DNA of 64,000 bases, taken from positions 576,001 through 640,000 of the forward strand of contig CAVQQD010000003.1 of NCBI GenBank assembly GCA_963714975.1, written 5' to 3'. The notes under the pieces were generated by a model that ran no database searches, was not told the origin of the DNA, and was given only the letters and a program-made list of their open reading frames with translations. A program made the translations under genes and the position numbers. Source of the stretch: an uncultured Gammaproteobacteria bacterium. Lineage in GTDB: Bacteria; Pseudomonadota; Gammaproteobacteria; JAURND01. Shown here in pieces: positions 59,611-64,000 of this stretch. Position 1 is the first letter of the stretch; every line of letters starts with the position of its first letter.

Positions 59611-61308
59611 ATGCGACTACCCTTAGGTCAAGATGATTTTAAAAAAATCAGGGACAGGAAGTACGATTGGGTCGATAAAAGTTTATTTATCCAAGAAATT
59701 CTCGATGACACCGCTGAAGTTGCTGTGATCACCCGTCCGCGCCGTTTTGGCAAAACCCTCAATTTATCAATGCTGCATTATTTTTTAGCAGCTGAAGCCT
59801 ATGGACAATCCTCTCAAGGATTATTTAATGGCACGAAAATTGCAGCTTTGGGTGACGAATATATGCAGCACCAAGGCCGCTACCCAGTGATCTTTGTTAC
59901 CTTTAAAGAAGTGAAAAATCAGCACTTTGCGACTGCCTATCGAATGATGGAAGCCATGATGGCACAGCTTTATCAGGAATATCAGCATATCCTTCTGGAG
60001 AGTCCACACTTAACTTCCAGTGATAAAGAAAAATTTCTTGCTGTGCTGGAAGAGCGCGCTGATGAAGGTGCTATTCGATCTGCTCTGCGCAATCTAAGTT
60101 ATTACCTTTATCAGCATTATCAAGTCAAGCCGTGGTTGCTGATCGATGAGTACGATACTCCGATTCAGGCCGCTTATGTGCATAACTATTACGATCAAAT
60201 GATCGATCTGCTGCGTGGTGTCTTTGGCCCGGCGTTAAAAACCAATCCCTATCTCGAAAAGGCAGTGATTACAGGAATTTTACGGGTTGCCAAAGAAAGC
60301 TTATTTTCGGGATTAAATAATTTAAAAGTTTATACCCTGACAAATTCTCAATATGGGCAGTATTTTGGTTTTACCGAAGATGAAGTAGAAAATTTATTGC
60401 AGCAAGCAGGCTTACAAACACAAGCCCCTGCGATTCGTGATTGGTACAATGGCTATAAAGCAGGAACCTACACCGTTTACAATCCCTGGTCGATTGTCAA
60501 TTGCATTCGCGAAAAGGGAGAATTAGCGCCTTATTGGGTCAATACCAGCGATAATAAATTGATTAAAATCCTGTTACTGGGGTCGAGTGAAGATTTTAGA
60601 GCGCAATTTGAGGATTTATTACAAGGGAAGACGATTGAAAAAGTGATTGATGAAACTTTGGCATTTGCCGCCTTGAAAAACAGCGAAAGGGCGGCGTGGA
60701 GTTTATTGTTTGCAGCGGGTTATTTGAAAGTGGTTGCTTCACAGCGGGTTGAAGAAGAATTGCAGTGTCAATTAGATATTCCCAACCGCGAAGTACGTGG
60801 GTTATATCGAAGCATTATTCGGGAATGGTTAGCTGACGATCATGACACGAAATGGCTTGATGCTTTCTTAAATCATTTGCTCATAGGTGATTTAAAAGCC
60901 TTCGAACTAGATTTAAAACATCTGGTTGAACAAACATTTAGTGTCCACGACATTTCTAAAGATCCTGAAGTGTTTTATCATGGCTTTATGATTGGTGCGA
61001 CAGCAAGTCTGTATCACAATCCAAATTATGAAATTAAATCGAACCGAGAGAGTGGTTATGGTCGCTATGATTATCTGATTTTTTCGCATGATAAAAATAA
61101 ACCGACGATTTTAATTGAGCTCAAACGCGTGCCCAAAGATGCACCCCACTTAGATCAGGCTTTGGAGCAAGCGGCACAACAAGCTTTAGAACAAATCGAA
61201 TTACAAAATTATACGGCTGAAGCCAAGCAACGTAATAGGACCAATATATTAAAAATTGGTTTAGCTTTTTCTGGGAAGCGTTTTAAGTTATTATCTCATA
61301 CTGTTTGA
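59611..61308 (+). CDS. AAA-ATPase-like plus PD-(D/E)XK nuclease protein
   Basis: TRPRRFGKTLNLSML, LIDEYDTP, YNPWS, YWVNTS, SNRESGYGRYD, IELK. Confidence 0.92.
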   Translation: MRLPLGQDDFKKIRDRKYDWVDKSLFIQEILDDTAEVAVITRPRRFGKTLNLSMLHYFLAAEAYGQSSQGLFNGTKIAALGDEYMQHQGRYPVIFVTFKEVKNQHFATAYRMMEAMMAQLYQEYQHILLESPHLTSSDKEKFLAVLEERADEGAIRSALRNLSYYLYQHYQVKPWLLIDEYDTPIQAAYVHNYYDQMIDLLRGVFGPALKTNPYLEKAVITGILRVAKESLFSGLNNLKVYTLTNSQYGQYFGFTEDEVENLLQQAGLQTQAPAIRDWYNGYKAGTYTVYNPWSIVNCIREKGELAPYWVNTSDNKLIKILLLGSSEDFRAQFEDLLQGKTIEKVIDETLAFAALKNSERAAWSLLFAAGYLKVVASQRVEEELQCQLDIPNREVRGLYRSIIREWLADDHDTKWLDAFLNHLLIGDLKAFELDLKHLVEQTFSVHDISKDPEVFYHGFMIGATASLYHNPNYEIKSNRESGYGRYDYLIFSHDKNKPTILIELKRVPKDAPHLDQALEQAAQQALEQIELQNYTAEAKQRNRTNILKIGLAFSGKRFKLLSHTV

Positions 61309-61544
61309 GGCGCGTGCCTCTAAGAGCTGTTTATCCTGAGGAGCGAAGCGTCTCGCAGGACACGGCGGAGTAGTTGCTTTGTCCCCTACACAGTTGCTTT
61401 TTAATTTTTTTCGGGCTGTTAATGTACACATAAGCTTTGCCAAGTATAGTAAGCGTTTTTTAGGAGGTGTAATTTTAATGTGACTCAATGAGAATGAAGC
61501 CACAGAGTGTTAAATAACTAAACAAATATAGAGGAGAATCTACG

Positions 61545-62555
61545 ATGTCAGATGATCAAGTAGAAGGGGAATCTAGGGTTGAAGAAAAGAAGATAACGCC
61601 ACAACCCAATACAACGCTAGAAACACTGGTCCAGTCTTCAGCGCCACAAGCAGATGATAAGCCTTGGCAACCTACTTTATGGCGTTTTAATCCGATCAAT
61701 AGAGAATTTTCTTATATACCCGAATTTCTCAAGTCAAATCCAGGCGGTCAAACATCTTCTTGGGCGGTAAAAGTACCATTGGTTGGTATAGGAGTGCTTG
61801 GCGGTATAGGGTTAGGGTTAGGTGTCAATTACACCCTGGAGGCGGGGACATTTGCCGCTGCTACAGGATATACCGGCGTTATTTGTGGTATGGTTTTATG
61901 CGCTGCTTGGGCGTTTGATTGGATGGCACGTAGAGACAAGGCGCAATCATTTCAGTTGCGGCAGGCAGTTGAGGAGAAGTGGAACGCGCTTAAATTGTAT
62001 TTTCCTAAGGCGAATAAAGAGGATTTTTTCCCTATCTATGCTAAGGAAAAAGAATCTACTAGCTGGGGCGCCTCCACTTATCTTGCAGGCGTCACGTTTG
62101 CTACAGGCGCTGTAACCACTGGTTTTTTAGTGGCAAATCAATTTGCTGATCATGTCGTTGTTTCCTTCGGATATTGTATGTTAACTGCAGTTTTGACTGC
62201 TGCATTCTTAATGCTAAGTCGATATGCAGATTATTGCCATGCCAAGCATGAGCATGATCAATTAGCTCGCCAGAATGAGGCATTGGAGAAACTACTTAGT
62301 AATATTGGGGAACGTAAGGACAAAGCGTCGCTCAAGTTTAATACCATCGAGGAAGTTGTCAGTGCAAAAAGTTGGTTATTAGTTGGCGTATCGTTAAGTC
62401 GAGGAGAAAAGTACCTATTGGTAGGGGCCAGTGAGGAGCAAGCTAGAGCACAAGACGGACTTGAGAAAGGAGAGGAGGCCGGCTATTTTGATAAACAATT
62501 AGTTAGGCAAGTGAGCGAGCAAAAGACTGAAACTTTTAAAAACGTCAAAATATAA
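61545..62555 (+). CDS. Hypothetical four-TM plus coiled-coil protein
   Basis: Two hydrophobic hairpins; ATG after GAGGAG. Confidence 0.65.
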   Translation: MSDDQVEGESRVEEKKITPQPNTTLETLVQSSAPQADDKPWQPTLWRFNPINREFSYIPEFLKSNPGGQTSSWAVKVPLVGIGVLGGIGLGLGVNYTLEAGTFAAATGYTGVICGMVLCAAWAFDWMARRDKAQSFQLRQAVEEKWNALKLYFPKANKEDFFPIYAKEKESTSWGASTYLAGVTFATGAVTTGFLVANQFADHVVVSFGYCMLTAVLTAAFLMLSRYADYCHAKHEHDQLARQNEALEKLLSNIGERKDKASLKFNTIEEVVSAKSWLLVGVSLSRGEKYLLVGASEEQARAQDGLEKGEEAGYFDKQLVRQVSEQKTETFKNVKI

Positions 62556-62629
62556 CTTAATAACTTGTTAGCGAAAATTAGAGTGGTTTTTTGCCACTCT
62601 AATTTTTCTAATCTTCCTAATTTATTTGC

Positions 62630-63403
62630 ATGAAACTTATTGCTGTGGGTTCTACCTCTCTTGTTTCTGCTATCCAGTGTGCCGCTCACTCACTAGCCTC
62701 ACAGCTGCATTTACCTTACATTCCCCCCACCTGCACCGATTTTAAATATTTACTCGTACTCACGGACCAACACCTAGAACTACACCAAGTCGGTTCGAAG
62801 ATGAAACCCTTAGTAGTGGATTTCCTGAGTCCTAGTCTGATTTATCGGCGTCAGCACAGCGGTAAGCGGCAGTTGTTAGCGCGGGCTGTGGGGGTAGGGA
62901 AGCAGCAAGGTAAAGGGATTTCGGTATTGGATGCGACAATGGGTTTAGGAGAAGATGCGTTTGTGCTCGCCAGTTTGGGCTGTCGGGTGCAGGGTTTTGA
63001 GCGCTCGCCGGTGGTGGCGGCGTTGTTGCAAGATGGTTTGCGGCGGTTATTTGCCAGCGAGAGTTTCGAGGATCTGGCGCTTGCGGTTACGCCGGGTGAT
63101 GTGAGGGATTATTGGCAGTCTTCTTCTGAGCCGCCTGATGTCGTCTATTTAGATCCGATGTTTCCACCGCGGCAGAAAACCGCATTAGTGAAAAAGCAAA
63201 TGCAGTGGCTACAAGATTTGTTACAGGATGAAGCGGATGATGCAGAGGAATTGTTACAGCTGGGGTTAAAGTGGGCTACGAAGCGAGTGGTGGTGAAACG
63301 GCCGCGGTTGGCTTTACCGTTGGCTGGGCTGAAGCCAGATTTGGTGCTGAGCGGGCGCAGTGTGCGATTTGATGTATATTTTAAAACAACCCCCTCTCCC
63401 TAA
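62630..63403 (+). CDS. rsmJ: 16S rRNA m2G1516 methyltransferase
   Basis: VLDAT.GLG.DAFVLA, ERSP, VYLDPMFP, KRVVVKRP, RFDVY. Confidence 0.93.
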   Translation: MKLIAVGSTSLVSAIQCAAHSLASQLHLPYIPPTCTDFKYLLVLTDQHLELHQVGSKMKPLVVDFLSPSLIYRRQHSGKRQLLARAVGVGKQQGKGISVLDATMGLGEDAFVLASLGCRVQGFERSPVVAALLQDGLRRLFASESFEDLALAVTPGDVRDYWQSSSEPPDVVYLDPMFPPRQKTALVKKQMQWLQDLLQDEADDAEELLQLGLKWATKRVVVKRPRLALPLAGLKPDLVLSGRSVRFDVYFKTTPSP

Positions 63404-63506
63404 CCCTCTCCCACCTTCCCTCGCTGACGCTCGGGCGGGGGAGAGGGGATATAGTGGAGACTCCCTCTCCCCCGCCCGAGCGTCAGCGAGGGAAGGTGGG
63501 AGAGGG
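63404..63506. repeat. REP-like doublet with perfect 44-bp inverted arms
   Basis: CCCTCTCCCACC...GGGAGAGGG at 63404-63447 and its reverse complement at 63463-63506. Confidence 0.85.
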
Positions 63507-63532
63507 GGTCTGAAGTTCCTTTTAAAAAACAG

Positions 63533-63908
63533 TTGCTAGATTAAAATAATCTGAGGATAATAAGCGCGTGCGGTAGGTGCTGAAACACCTAGTCGCACGC
63601 TAACCACTGGAATCTAACGAAGGAGATTCAACAATGGCTGTTGTCAGTTTAACGCATCTTGCGTCCGTGCAAAACAGCTTCAATTATTTTTCTCTCACGT
63701 GTCACTCGTTCGTGGTATTTCCATTGTCAAATCAGAAGGCTATCTGCTTTAAATCCTCGCAGCCATTGTGGGGTGGTAGGGTAGCATTTTGTGACGATTT
63801 GGGGTGTGGGAGGAGGATGGTGAGGTTGGGTCGATAAAGTGGCAGAGGTAGCGGTGGCGGGGCAGCGATTTGATCTCCTGCTCTGTCATCTCTTTAATCT
63901 CTGCCACT
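63533..63908 (+). ncRNA. Structured leader/sORF element, copy B (67-aa ORF at 63634-63837)
   Basis: Collinear homology to 22796-23184. Confidence 0.6.
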
Positions 63909-63957
63909 GATACTCCTTAAGATTTCTTGGTTACTTATGTCGTCGTTTCTGCGTCTC

Positions 63958-63995
63958 CGTCATTGCGAGGAGCGAAGCGACGTGGCAATCCAGTG
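63958..63995 (+). repeat. RPE/REP-like palindromic unit
   Basis: CGTCATTGCGAGGAGCGAAGCGACGTGGCAATCCAG; the core GAGGAGCGAAGCG also occurs at 61338-61350. Confidence 0.6.
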
Positions 63996-64000
63996 CCTCG

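Overview
Chromosomal window from a gammaproteobacterium, probably Legionellales/Coxiellaceae-like (inferred from the Lvh-type T4SS, effector-like genes and the bamE-fur-ubiA-dapB-rsmJ backbone). Bases 1-1314 hold the 5' part of pilB and tRNA-Thr(CGT). A 34-kb integrative element follows (45-bp attL/attR at 1270-1314 and 35322-35366). It combines a tyrosine integrase/xis, a phage-type replication module, an Lvh-like VirB/D4 system (virB11 and virD4 broken), a Ti-type TraA/TraC/TraD-oriT module, and regulatory/metabolic cargo that includes an IS4-split protein with a cNMP-like domain and a MatP-like gene. Beyond attR is a four-gene IS21-like element (35595-44872) encoding a ParB-like protein; its istA is split by IS1380 and its istB by a decayed RIT element. 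Bases 45-53.5 kb are a decaying accessory cluster (TA pair, GNATs, kinases, methyltransferases, gene fusions), then a membrane-anchored dual-specificity phosphatase and core genes. The top unannotated signal is a ~390-nt element present twice (22796-23184 in the island, 63533-63908 in the chromosome). The copies share a promoter, covarying leader hairpins, a gapless homologous small ORF and a long 3' hairpin, which suggests a type I TA-like or leader-RNA system. All calls come from manual reading; no searches were run.
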